The position numbers and the translations under genes are program-made. Source: an uncultured Clostridia bacterium (GTDB lineage Bacteria > Bacillota > Clostridia > TANB77 > CAG-508). From it: a stretch of 64,000 nt of DNA. The notes under the pieces were generated by a model. The model was not told where the DNA came from, did not search any database, and saw only the letters and a list, made by a program, of their open reading frames with translations. Shown in pieces: positions 9,901-19,900 of this stretch (position 1 is its first letter; each line of letters starts with the position of its first letter). The stretch spans positions 28,165 through 92,164 of the forward strand of contig CAKPCG010000003.1 in assembly GCA_934141475.1 (NCBI GenBank). The letters run 5' to 3'.

Positions 9901-11915
9901 ATGGAACAATAAATATAACTTCTGAAGATAAAACATTAAATGAAACTATAGAAACAATAAAAAATACAATAAAAAATGCAGAATTAAATGTAAGTATAAT
10001 AAATGTAATGTCAAATGAAATCGAAATACCAAGTGGAACATCAGTAAAATCAAAATTACAAATAAAAAATGTAACAGATAAAGTACAAAAAGATGTTGCA
10101 GTAACAATAGTATATTCAAGTAACTTAACACCAAGTATGGTAATACCTGATGAATACAAAGATCAAGTATCTTACCAAGGAGAAGAAACAAAAGAAGATT
10201 TAAAATATGTAAAACTAAAAATTTCATCTATTCAACCATCAGAAACAATAGGAATTTCATTATTACCATATACAAAAGCAGATTTAGGTGCAGGTAAAGT
10301 AGAAGAAACATGGACAATGGCAGAAGCAATATCAGAAGCAAAAAATAGTTATATATCAAACAAACTTACAAGAAATGTTGCAGACCATTCAAAGAACTTT
10401 GAAATAAGCCAACAAGTAAAATATGAAGATGGAAAAGACTTTAATGTAGAAACCGATAAATTAAACAATGGAGATAAAGTTAAATTTATAACTACAATAA
10501 AAAATAATGAAAAATCAGATCAAAATGTCGAATTACAATATAACTTAGACAAAATGATAGAAATTCAAAGTGCTACATTAAAAACATCAACACAAAACGA
10601 AGATATATTAAAAGAAATTTCATATAACAATTTACAAAAATACTCACAAGAAATAAAAGCAGGTGAAACACTAGAAATAACTGTAGATGGAACAATAGAT
10701 ACATTAGATATAGAATCATTAACAAACAAACTAAGTATTTCAGACAATGCAAATCAAAGAATAACAAATAAAGACCTAACAGTTTCTGTTAACAAAACTA
10801 CAGATCCAGAAGACAAAGATGATGACCAAAACGATCCAAACAATAATAATCAAAATGGAGAAAATGGAAACAGCAATAATAATAACAACAATAATTCATC
10901 AAACAACCAAAATTCAAACTCAAAAGCAGACCAAAATGATGTTGAAAAAAATACATACACATTATCAGGAACAGCATGGATGGATAAAGATAAAGATGGA
11001 AAAAAAGGACAAGAAGATGAAGTATTATCTGGAATAGAAGTAGTAGCATTAGATGCAGCTACAGGAGCTGTAAGAGATACAGTAAAAACAGATGAAAATG
11101 GAAAATATCAATTTGAATTACAAGAAGGACAATATATTTTAGTATTTAAATATGATAACAGTTTATATACAACAACAACATATCAATTAAATGGAGCAGA
11201 TGAAAGTGAAAATTCAGATGCAATAGGAAGAGAAGTAACAATAGATGGAAAAACTTTAACTGCAGGAACAACAGATACAATAACATTAAATAAAAACATG
11301 AATTCAATTGATATAGGATTAATCCTAAGAAGCTCATTTAATTTAAAAATAAGCAAATATGTAAGCAAAATAACAGTAACAAATGATTCAAAAACATCAA
11401 CATATGAGCAAAAAGAAAACACAACACTTGCAAAAGCAGAAATAAGAGCTAAAAATTTAAGTGACTCACTTGTAGTTATAGATTACAAAATAAAAGTAAC
11501 AAACGAAGGTGAAGTTGCAGGTTATGCAAGAAATATCGTAGACTATATGCCAAAAACATTAAGCTTTAACTCAAACTTAAATTCAGATTGGTATATGTCA
11601 GGAGACAACTTATATAATACAAGTTTAGCAAACACAAAAATAGAACCAGGTGAAACAAAAGAATTAACACTAGTTCTTACAAAGAAAATGACAGACTCAA
11701 ATACAGGACTTGTAAATAACAAAGCATCAATAGAAGAAACATCAAATGATTTTGGTGCAAAAAATGAATCAAAAGATAAAGGATCAGCAGATGTAATTAT
11801 AAGTGTTAGCACAGGTGCACTTGTAAACTATGTTGCAACAACAGTAGTAACACTAGTAATACTTGCTGGATTAGCATTATTAGTAAATAAAAAATTTTTA
11901 AGTAAGAAAATATAA
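6978..11915 (+). CDS. Giant secreted surface protein, cassette 1 gene A (1645 aa). It has DUF11/CARDB-like repeats, an SdrD-B-like domain, and a C-terminal ISVSTG motif followed by a TM segment and a basic tail.
   Basis: Signal peptide ends at ...SSAISYA|LDE. Repeats resemble ENQTIRYKVTVKNNTGKDYQNVEIKA. There is an N-rich linker. The SdrD-B-like segment reads YTLSGTAWMDKDKDGKKGQEDEVLSGIEVVALDAATGAVRDTVKTDENGKYQF. The tail is SVSTGALVNYVATTVVTLVILAGLALLVNKKFLSKKI. Confidence 0.9.
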   Translation: MNITQKSLINKICAMLVIFALTMSDFLLVGSSAISYALDETKTNNSNIEFSAYFENENGEKQEKIEKTIDKKGEKLMLEVTVKNEGYFTGSIKLLDSNFKFVNNEEKIEGVEKIGESEITLDQINAGVTRKIAVEIESVSQEKIDSTYLSKPSKIQIEGKYVNSKNIEKEKYIDIKGTTNVEVDWKSSENTNLEIEGKLLTNSVYNINGESKKIVQMQINSKITNNNYPIKNTEINLFVPEKVESVNVYARNTNATNSLVEFGQSNYTYSKENKKLTINVANEDEKNISWSKDAVDTYIVTYVLDKSENINDKDIEIEAKAKLYDEKEIAAKQNVHIDGEIDGVVSGSIENKETSIYKGKIYTGEERNYEEINKIDIDYLDIIDEIKIEQKESKYIENEAQKDSNILYKQTRISKAEFLNLFGQNGYITVKQSNGTVIANINKDSQTDENGKIVINYPEGEKSVELDASKPVKLGTLNIENTKTINNTSYSREEIEKISKIKEEMTINGKEITSEIALNETESLADIKIDVTKISTVAEKQTLTIDGTLQANDESKDLYKNPEVKIRLPKEMEIKSAAYATLYKNGLEIEDAKTEKDENGNPVVVIKFKGEQTKYDISGGTKICVKLEVATDKLTPSKESQIEMEYKNENKNVQKNVSTKIEFESQYGLMIYNKISNINNMGDTIYTIDNETAYGELNANTVAKDITLNTTLINNFEDTISNVTLIGKIPAKEDDENFVAKLNQLDTQNQKINVLYSTNVDAKEDDESWNNYVEDAKSYKITVDQMEKEEKIEFNVPITIPENLRYNKKGTLYSEVTCMYQGKTQSNNSSLVLATKAGMGTTSSEKVEEKTTQNGIDTQITTLIGNDSLTQNDTVYENQTIRYKVTVKNNTGKDYQNVEIKANQKNGYVWDNVQKVIYNEYYKKDITEHYYEVTDKNEVTLGKIESLKNGESYTFEYEANSYQLNDKNIDGTETYGTINITSEDKTLNETIETIKNTIKNAELNVSIINVMSNEIEIPSGTSVKSKLQIKNVTDKVQKDVAVTIVYSSNLTPSMVIPDEYKDQVSYQGEETKEDLKYVKLKISSIQPSETIGISLLPYTKADLGAGKVEETWTMAEAISEAKNSYISNKLTRNVADHSKNFEISQQVKYEDGKDFNVETDKLNNGDKVKFITTIKNNEKSDQNVELQYNLDKMIEIQSATLKTSTQNEDILKEISYNNLQKYSQEIKAGETLEITVDGTIDTLDIESLTNKLSISDNANQRITNKDLTVSVNKTTDPEDKDDDQNDPNNNNQNGENGNSNNNNNNNSSNNQNSNSKADQNDVEKNTYTLSGTAWMDKDKDGKKGQEDEVLSGIEVVALDAATGAVRDTVKTDENGKYQFELQEGQYILVFKYDNSLYTTTTYQLNGADESENSDAIGREVTIDGKTLTAGTTDTITLNKNMNSIDIGLILRSSFNLKISKYVSKITVTNDSKTSTYEQKENTTLAKAEIRAKNLSDSLVVIDYKIKVTNEGEVAGYARNIVDYMPKTLSFNSNLNSDWYMSGDNLYNTSLANTKIEPGETKELTLVLTKKMTDSNTGLVNNKASIEETSNDFGAKNESKDKGSADVIISVSTGALVNYVATTVVTLVILAGLALLVNKKFLSKKI

Positions 11916-11933
11916 GATGGGGGTGAATAGGTA

Positions 11934-14900
11934 ATGAAGAAAAATAAAAGTATTATAACAAATATAATTTGCAGTGTAGTATTTTTAGCTATAATATATG
12001 TACTAATTGGAAAAGTATATTCTATTACTGTAAATTACAGCCCATCATCAAAAGCCGAATTCATGAAAGCATCTCCAGAAGATATTTTAGGAAAATCAAT
12101 AGATGAAAGTACAGGTTCATTTTGGGATTCATTAGATAAACAAGGACAATTAGGATGCTTCCATCACCAAGCTACAGGAGGAATGTCAAACAAAATAAAT
12201 TCTATATATGATATTGGATTTAATACAAATAAAGGAGTAATGCAAATATATTCAATAATGGATACATCTCCTAGAAAATCAATGACATCATATGCAGGTG
12301 AAAATAACCCAACAGTAGGTAAATTAATTGCAGAAGCAACAAGAAGTAGCAATGCAACAGGTGTACAAAGAGCATTAGCTGCAGCAATACAAGCAGGTAC
12401 AGTTGTAAAAGAAACAGCAGTAGGGCTTAACGAAGAATGGGTAGATTCTGAAAATCATGCAAGTACAGAACAAATTAATTTATATAACAACTATCGTGAA
12501 ATAAATAAGGTTTCAACAGGAAGTGAAGCAAAAGAAAAAAGTGATACAGTAACTATAAATAAAGAAGAATATACAGTTGTAGGACCACTTAAAATGTCAT
12601 TTGGAGGAAAAGGAATTGCAAGTATAACGGCAAGCAGTGCAAAATGGACTTCAACATCTTCAAAAGATATTTATTGGAGTAAGTCAGCTACGGCCAGTGA
12701 AAAAGATTGGTCTAATGACTTTAATAAAACAACATCAGGAAAATATAAATTAGATGGAATGCAATTTTATATAGCAATTCAAACATCAAAATTACCAGAT
12801 AGTGGTAAATATAATGTAATAATAAAACAAGAAAAATTTAAATATTACACAGCAAGAATTGCAGTATGTTTATTACCAGCCGATGGAGTAAACGTAGGAC
12901 AACAAACTGGATTTTACTGTTATGCAAATGATCCTCAAACAGTAGAAGGAGAAATTAGTTGGACAATTAAAAGAAATGCAACAAAAACATTAGAAATCGA
13001 TAAAAAAGATAAAAAGACAGGAAAAGATATAACAGGAGCTAAATTCAAAATATATGCTGAATTAAAAAACGGAACAAAAGGATGGGTATCAGGAGATGCA
13101 GCAGGAACAAAAACATATGGAGAAACAGCTACAGAATATGATGCAAAAGTATCAATAAAGAGCTTAAAATTCGGAACATATTACATTTACGAAACAGCAG
13201 TACCAGATGGATATGATATGACAGAACAAGAAGGATACCACAAAGAAGCTAAAGGATCAAGTTCACTTACAGGAGATTGGGTATATTTAGGAGAACAAGT
13301 ATTAAGTGCATCAACTAAAGAAAACAACGGAAAAGTAGAATTTAATGCAACAAACGTAGCTTTAGCTAAACTAAAAATAGTTAAGAAAGATGCAACAAAA
13401 GACCTTGAATTACAAGGCGGAGGCTTTAAAATATATGCAGTTCTTAAAAACGGAACAAAAGGATGGGTATCAGGAGACGTAGCAGGAACAAAAACATATG
13501 GAGAAACAGCTACAGAATACACATCATCAACAGTAATAGAAAAATTAAAATATGGAACATACTATATTTATGAAACAAAAGGACCAGAAGGATATGACCT
13601 AACAAAACAAGATGGATATCATAAAGAAGCAGAAGGATCAAGTTCACTTACAGGAGATTGGGTATATTTAGGAAGTCAAGAACTAAATGTAGATTCACCA
13701 GATGACGAAATATTTAAATTTAATGCAACAAACAAAAAAATAATAAGCGGACTAGAAGGTAAAGTTTGGGTAGATGAACCAGACCAAAAACTAAACACAA
13801 GAGACAATATATATAAAGAAAACACAAACGACAAATTAAAAGAAGGAATAAAAGTAAATTTATATGATGGAACAGGTAAATTACTTGCAACAACAAAAAC
13901 AAACGAAAAAGGAGAATATAAATTTACAACAAAAACAGAAACATCAGGAGATGACAAAAACATATATTATTGGGACTTAATAGATGCTTATGTTGAATTT
14001 GAATATAACAACAAAACAGAATATGACGAAAAAGGAAATGCAAAAGAAAACGAATATGGTTATATTGCAGTAGACCCATTTGTTGGAGATGATTCAAAAA
14101 TTAACTCAAAAGCACAAGAATATACTGTAACAAAAGAGGATTTAGATGACAGAAAACTTACAGGAACAGAAGGAGAAAATCCAGGAAGAGCAGTAACAAA
14201 TAAAAATGCCTCAATAAAAGACATAAATAAATTACTAGAAATAAATAGTGGAAAAACTTCAGCAGACTTAAAAGACTTACCACTTGCAGGATACTATGAT
14301 AATAAAACATTTAAAGTATCAGATATAAACTTAGGTTTACATGAACAATATGATGCAGACTATTTAGTAGATGAAAACTTAGCATATATCAAAATAAAAA
14401 TGAAAGGATATACTTACACATATAAATATGGAGCTGAAGCAGCAACTACATCACAATATGTACCTACAGCACATGAACAAAATACAACAAGAACATTTAC
14501 AGGAAAAATATATCCTACAGATATAGCCTACAATGTAGAAACAAACACAGATGAACTAAAAGTATATGCAATATACAGCATAGACATTAAAAACCTAGAA
14601 AAACAGGAGGAAGATGACACATATGTAGAAAAAAGACTATATCTAGAAAAACTAGAAAATAAATATGATACAGACAGATTTGAATTATCTACAGACGAAA
14701 ATAACGATGAACACAAATCAGACTTCAAACTATGGAGTGATTCAAACGGAACAGCAAGTTATGACATAAACAACGAAAACAGTGTATACAGAAATGGTAT
14801 TGGAACAGGAGAACAAGATACAGTAACATCTTACATTCAATTTAGAGTAAAAGACGAAGCTGTAAAACAAATACTAAATAGAAACATACCAGAAGAGCAA

Positions 14901-16724
14901 CTTAAAAAAGCAGCATCAGTTACAACAGCAGAAGGATATCATGAATATTTAAGAACAGATAATGCTTGGGTACATAGTGATGATGTAAGAGCATTCGAAG
15001 GAGTAAAAGGAATAAACACATATCCTATAAAAAATACAGCAGGAAATAAATACTATGTACACAGAACAATAAGTAAAGCAAGAACAGGTAATGAATTATA
15101 CTTAAGATTTGAACTAGGTGAAGAAAGAACACTTTCAGGAACAGTATTTGAAGATACAAAAACAGAAGAAAGTGAAAAAGAAAATACAAGCTTAGGAAAT
15201 GGTAGAATAGATGAAAATGAAAAAAACATAGCAAAAGGTGTAAAAGTTGAATTATTAGAGAAAAATAGCAATGGAGAATATAATGTAACAAGCCTATATA
15301 GACAAAAAGAAGATAAATCAGTAGAAAAAGTAGAAGCTGTTGTAAATGCAACAGATGATAAAGGCGAATATACATTTAAAGGCGTAGTTCCAGGTTACTA
15401 CTATATAAGATTTACATATGGTGATGGTAGCCAAAAAATGCTTCCTGCAAATTCTGATATTTTATCAAATGATTATAAATCAACTATTATAAACACAGAA
15501 GAATCAAAAGCCGGAACATTAATAAAAAATGCTATGGAAGCTTCTAATGAAACAATATCAAATGCTCAGCAAGCACTACTTAAAAATCAAAATGATGAAA
15601 CATCTAAAAAATTACTAGAATGGTACAAATATTTATCAGATGCAAAATACTCTGTAGCAACAGATGACCTAACTCAAAGAGCAAAACTAGATAAATACAC
15701 ATATAAACAAGAAAATGGAAAAACAGTAGTATATGACGAAAATAATAACAAAGTAGAAGGATATATGTTAGTAAATGCTTTATCACCAATTACTGGAATA
15801 TCAATAGAAAATGACATAAATGATTCGGCTGATGTGAAAGTAAAAGATGGAGAATTAGAAAATACACAAAAACCATACTTTAGTGGATTTAACTTTGGTA
15901 TAATAAAACAAGCAAAAACAGAAGTAACGCCAGATAAGAAAATAACAAATGTTAAATTTACATCACAAACAGGAACAACTTTAGTATCTGCAAATCCAAC
16001 AGATAAAACATCAACATATTTAACAGCATTAGATAAAATAGATGGTGGAAGCAAATATGCAAAATTAGAATTAGAACAAAGTTTAATATATGGTTCAGCA
16101 CTAGAAACAACATATGAAATAGTAGTGAAAAATACATCTGAAAAAGACTACATTGAAGAAGAAGGAACAAACGAGTATGGTACTTACTATAAATATGGTG
16201 AAATATCAAAATCAAGCAGATTAAAACATGTTACAGTAAATGAAATTGTGGATGAACTAGATACAAAATACAACTATGATGCAAAACAAGATTCAATAAA
16301 TTCAAAAGTAGAACACTTAGATAAATCAGTAGAAGAAAGACCAGGAGCAATAAAAGTAACTAAAAAACAAAATGACGACGGATCTTCTGAAACACAAACA
16401 ACAAGTAGCCTATCAATAACAGGTTGGGAAACACTTACAACAGGAGAACAAGAAACAATAAGCTATACAGTAACATCATTATTATCATCAGATGATGATA
16501 CAGATTACAAAAATACAGCAAAAATAACATCAATAACATTAGATAAGTTAACAGGATTAAGATCAGACTTTGTATGGATAAGCAATGATGCTTCAACATC
16601 ACTTGTAATTACACCTCCAACAGGTAGTGATAGAAGAAATACTTATTGGATTGCAGGAACAATTGGATTAATAGTTGTTGCAACAGGAATTGTATTTATA
16701 AAGAAAAAAATGTTAAACAAATAA
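11934..16724 (+). CDS. Giant surface protein, cassette 1 gene B (1596 aa). It has SpaA/Cna-B-type prealbumin-fold domains, SdrD-B-like domains and a TPPTG sorting-signal-like tail.
   Basis: The RBS gggggtg lies 18 nt after the A1 stop. A signal peptide is present. Motifs include GTYYIYETAVPDGYD and GTYYIYETKGPEGYD, plus KVWVDEPDQK...GIKVNLYDGTGKLLATTKTNEKGEYKF. The C-terminus is ITPPTGSDRRNTYWIAGTIGLIVVATGIVFIKKKMLNK. Confidence 0.9.
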   Translation: MKKNKSIITNIICSVVFLAIIYVLIGKVYSITVNYSPSSKAEFMKASPEDILGKSIDESTGSFWDSLDKQGQLGCFHHQATGGMSNKINSIYDIGFNTNKGVMQIYSIMDTSPRKSMTSYAGENNPTVGKLIAEATRSSNATGVQRALAAAIQAGTVVKETAVGLNEEWVDSENHASTEQINLYNNYREINKVSTGSEAKEKSDTVTINKEEYTVVGPLKMSFGGKGIASITASSAKWTSTSSKDIYWSKSATASEKDWSNDFNKTTSGKYKLDGMQFYIAIQTSKLPDSGKYNVIIKQEKFKYYTARIAVCLLPADGVNVGQQTGFYCYANDPQTVEGEISWTIKRNATKTLEIDKKDKKTGKDITGAKFKIYAELKNGTKGWVSGDAAGTKTYGETATEYDAKVSIKSLKFGTYYIYETAVPDGYDMTEQEGYHKEAKGSSSLTGDWVYLGEQVLSASTKENNGKVEFNATNVALAKLKIVKKDATKDLELQGGGFKIYAVLKNGTKGWVSGDVAGTKTYGETATEYTSSTVIEKLKYGTYYIYETKGPEGYDLTKQDGYHKEAEGSSSLTGDWVYLGSQELNVDSPDDEIFKFNATNKKIISGLEGKVWVDEPDQKLNTRDNIYKENTNDKLKEGIKVNLYDGTGKLLATTKTNEKGEYKFTTKTETSGDDKNIYYWDLIDAYVEFEYNNKTEYDEKGNAKENEYGYIAVDPFVGDDSKINSKAQEYTVTKEDLDDRKLTGTEGENPGRAVTNKNASIKDINKLLEINSGKTSADLKDLPLAGYYDNKTFKVSDINLGLHEQYDADYLVDENLAYIKIKMKGYTYTYKYGAEAATTSQYVPTAHEQNTTRTFTGKIYPTDIAYNVETNTDELKVYAIYSIDIKNLEKQEEDDTYVEKRLYLEKLENKYDTDRFELSTDENNDEHKSDFKLWSDSNGTASYDINNENSVYRNGIGTGEQDTVTSYIQFRVKDEAVKQILNRNIPEEQLKKAASVTTAEGYHEYLRTDNAWVHSDDVRAFEGVKGINTYPIKNTAGNKYYVHRTISKARTGNELYLRFELGEERTLSGTVFEDTKTEESEKENTSLGNGRIDENEKNIAKGVKVELLEKNSNGEYNVTSLYRQKEDKSVEKVEAVVNATDDKGEYTFKGVVPGYYYIRFTYGDGSQKMLPANSDILSNDYKSTIINTEESKAGTLIKNAMEASNETISNAQQALLKNQNDETSKKLLEWYKYLSDAKYSVATDDLTQRAKLDKYTYKQENGKTVVYDENNNKVEGYMLVNALSPITGISIENDINDSADVKVKDGELENTQKPYFSGFNFGIIKQAKTEVTPDKKITNVKFTSQTGTTLVSANPTDKTSTYLTALDKIDGGSKYAKLELEQSLIYGSALETTYEIVVKNTSEKDYIEEEGTNEYGTYYKYGEISKSSRLKHVTVNEIVDELDTKYNYDAKQDSINSKVEHLDKSVEERPGAIKVTKKQNDDGSSETQTTSSLSITGWETLTTGEQETISYTVTSLLSSDDDTDYKNTAKITSITLDKLTGLRSDFVWISNDASTSLVITPPTGSDRRNTYWIAGTIGLIVVATGIVFIKKKMLNK
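12988..13686 (+). repeat. In-frame tandem duplication inside B1 (two SpaA-like modules of about 381 nt)
   Basis: aaaaacggaacaaaaggatgggtatcaggaga...ggaacaaaaacatatggagaaacagctacagaata occurs twice, with the c at 13070 and at 13451 (period 381 nt, 127 aa). Confidence 0.85.
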
Positions 16725-16728
16725 TATA

Positions 16729-16763
16729 AAAAACGGTATTCCGTAGGGAATATCGTTTTTTTT
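16729..16763 (+). terminator. Rho-independent terminator of cassette 1
   Basis: The stem aaaacggtattcc / ggaatatcgtttt has a gtag loop and is followed by a T-run. Confidence 0.8.
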
Positions 16764-16896
16764 GAAACTAAAATAAAAATTGTAACAAAAAAGTAATAAA
16801 AAAATAACAAAAACATACAAAAATACAGCAAGTTTACTTCCGTAAAGGGAAAATAAAAAAAATTGTAATAAATAAAACTACCTAAAAAAAGCGATA

Positions 16897-16925
16897 TTGA
16901 AAAAACAAAAAAAAGATGTAACAAT
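16897..16925 (+). promoter_or_regulatory. Candidate promoter of cassette 2 (TTGAAA-17-TGt-AACAAT, extended -10)
   Basis: ttgaaa at 16897-16902 and tgtaacaat ending at 16925. The same block is conserved upstream of cassette 3. It lies about 37 nt before the A2 ATG. Confidence 0.4.
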
Positions 16926-16961
16926 ATATTATGCAATAAAATTAAGAAGGGAGATTTTATA

Positions 16962-19900
16962 ATGTTGAAAATGAAAGGAAAAATAAATGCCATAATAGCA
17001 ATTGAAACAATAATTGTAATGACATTATATTACTTTATATTTGTTGGAATGACAGCAATAACCTATGCTATAGATATAATAAAAACCAATAACGAAAATA
17101 TTGAATTTACAGCATATTTTATTAACCAAAATGGAGAAAAAGTGGATAGCATTGAGGATAATATCGACAAAGAAAACGAATACCTATATGTAGATGTATC
17201 TGTAAAAAATGAGGGCTTTTTTAATGGTAGTATAGAGCTAAAAGATAATAACTTTTCTATAAAAAATGAAAAATTAAGTGATCAAATAACTGACATTTCA
17301 AATAATGTAGTTACACTTAAACAAATAAATGCAGGAACAACATCAACAATAAAACTTGCAATTGAGCCTAAAAATGATGACATGATAGAACTACAAAATT
17401 TGGATATGAAAACAAAAGTAAACTTAATAGGACAATATGTAAATAGTAAAAATGTTGAAAAAGACGACTATGTAGATATAAAAGGTTTAGTAGAAGTAGA
17501 AGTAAAATGGTTATCTAGTGAAAATACAGAAGCAATATTGGAAAGTAAAGTCTTAACAAATAAAATATATGAGATAAATGGCGAAAACAAAAGAATAGTT
17601 CAATTACTTATAAATAGTAAAATAACAAATAACAACTATCCTGTAAAAAACACTAAATTAACATTAAATGTCCCTGAAAATGTAGAAGAAGTAAAAGTAC
17701 ATGCAAGAGAAACAGCAGCAACAAATAAATCTATAGAATTTAAAGAAGAAAATTATACATATAATAAAGAACAAAATAAATTAGATATAGAATTAGGAAA
17801 CATTGACACAAAAAACATCAGTTGGCAAAAAAACGCAGAAGACAAAATAATAGTAACATATGTATTAAATGTAAAAGAAGATATAACAAATCAAATAATA
17901 TCAATAGAAGACAAAATAACAACATATGATGAAAAAGATTTAAAAACTAATGGAACAATTACAATTGATGAAGAAAAAGATGGAGTAATTACATCTGAAC
18001 TAACATTTTCTGAAAACGAAATCTACAAAGGAAAAATATATACAAACGAAGAAAGAGAATATACAGAAACAACAAAAATAAACATAGATTATTTAAATAC
18101 AACAAATAGTATAGTATTAAATAACAATAAAACAAAATTTATAGAAAATGAAAACGAAAAAAATGCAAATACAATATTTAAACAAACTAAAATAGATAAA
18201 GCAGAATTTTTAAAAATATTTGGAGAAGACGGATTTATTACAATAGAAGACCAAGATGGAACAATAATAGCTAATATAAACAAAGACAGTGAAGTAAATG
18301 AAAATGGTAAAATAGTGATAAATTACCAAAATATATCTTTAAATAATATAGAAATAAAAACAAGTAATCCTATAAATTTAGGAACATTAAATATTGTAAA
18401 TCAAAAGAGTATATTAAATAATGAATATACAAGAGAAGAAATTGAAAGATTTACTGATTTAAAAGAAGAATATTTTGTAAATAATCTAAAATATGAAAAT
18501 AAAGTTCTATTAAAAGAAACTACTTCATCTGCAGAAATAAGTATTGATACTAAAAAAATATCAACACTAGCAGATAAACAAACAATAACTATAAATGCAA
18601 TCTTAAAAGCTAACAGTCAAGCTAATGATTTGTATAAAAATCCTGAAGTTAAGTTAAAATTTCCAAAAGAATTAACAGTAATAACAGCCAGTTATTCAGC
18701 ACTATATAAAAACGGATTAGAAGTTTTGGAATCTAATTTGACTCAAAATGAAAATGGGGAAGCAATAGTAGATATAAAATTTGCAGGAGAGCAGAATAAT
18801 TATGACGTATTAGGAGGAACAACAATATGTATAAAAGCAGATGTAAAGGCTAGCAAACTTACACCATCACAAACAACCTCAATAGATATGACATATACAA
18901 ATGAAAATAAAAACATACAAAATACGATAAGTAAAGAAATAGAAATAGAATCACAAGATGGTTTAATGTTGTATAACAAATTAAAAGATTTTAATAATGA
19001 AGAAGTACTAGAAACTATAGATACAAAAACAGTAACAGGAAACTTACAAATAAAAGCAGAAGAAAAAGAAGCAACTTTGCAAACAGCATTAATAAATAAT
19101 TACAATGAGGAACTTTTAAATGTAACTTTAATTGGAAAGATACCATCAAAAAATGAACAAAATACATTTAACAGTCAAATAAATAGCATTAATACCAACG
19201 TAGAAAATGCAAAAATATATTACACATCAAAACAAGGTGCAAACATTGATGACGAAAGTTGGCAAGAAAATAATGAAAATGCAGTAGCATATAAAATTGT
19301 AATAGATAAGATAAATCCGATGCAAGTAATCACAATAAGTACGAAAATAAAAATACCAGAAAATTTAAAATTTAATGAAAATGGCTTACTATCTACAGAT
19401 GTTTATTATTATAAAAATGAAACAGAGATAAAAAATTCATCAAGTATGGAATTAAAAACAGTTGATGGTGTTAAAAACAATGAAGAAAAAGAAGAAAAAG
19501 AACAAAAAAATGAAGACACTCAAACTTCAAATACAGCAGGCACAAAAAATGGAAATACTTTAAATGAAACAGCTACAACCAAAGATGGAGTAGAAGTAAA
19601 AATAACAGCAGAAATTGGAGAACAAACACTAGTAGATGGACAAAATATAAAAGAAGGAGAAACAATAAGATATAATATAAAAATTACAAATAATAGTGGA
19701 AAAGACCTAAATAATCTTCAATTAACAGCAAAACAAAAAAATGGATATGTATGGGGAGTAGTAAAAAAGATAACGAAAAAATATACAGATGCAACACACT
19801 ACACAGAAGTGGAGAGTTATTGGGATGAAGTAACAGATCAAAATAATGTAACATTTGAAAAAGTAAGCATAAAAAATGGTCAAAGTCAAGAACTTTCATA

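Noticed and set aside
10819-11037. Same-strand alternative-frame ORFs inside low-complexity linkers (10819-11037, 20863-21078, 32489-32680, 56740-56973).
   Set aside because: They are frame-shifted readings of Asn-rich repeat DNA (for example MEIQIMEIQI), nested within longer ORFs that carry the real domain homology.
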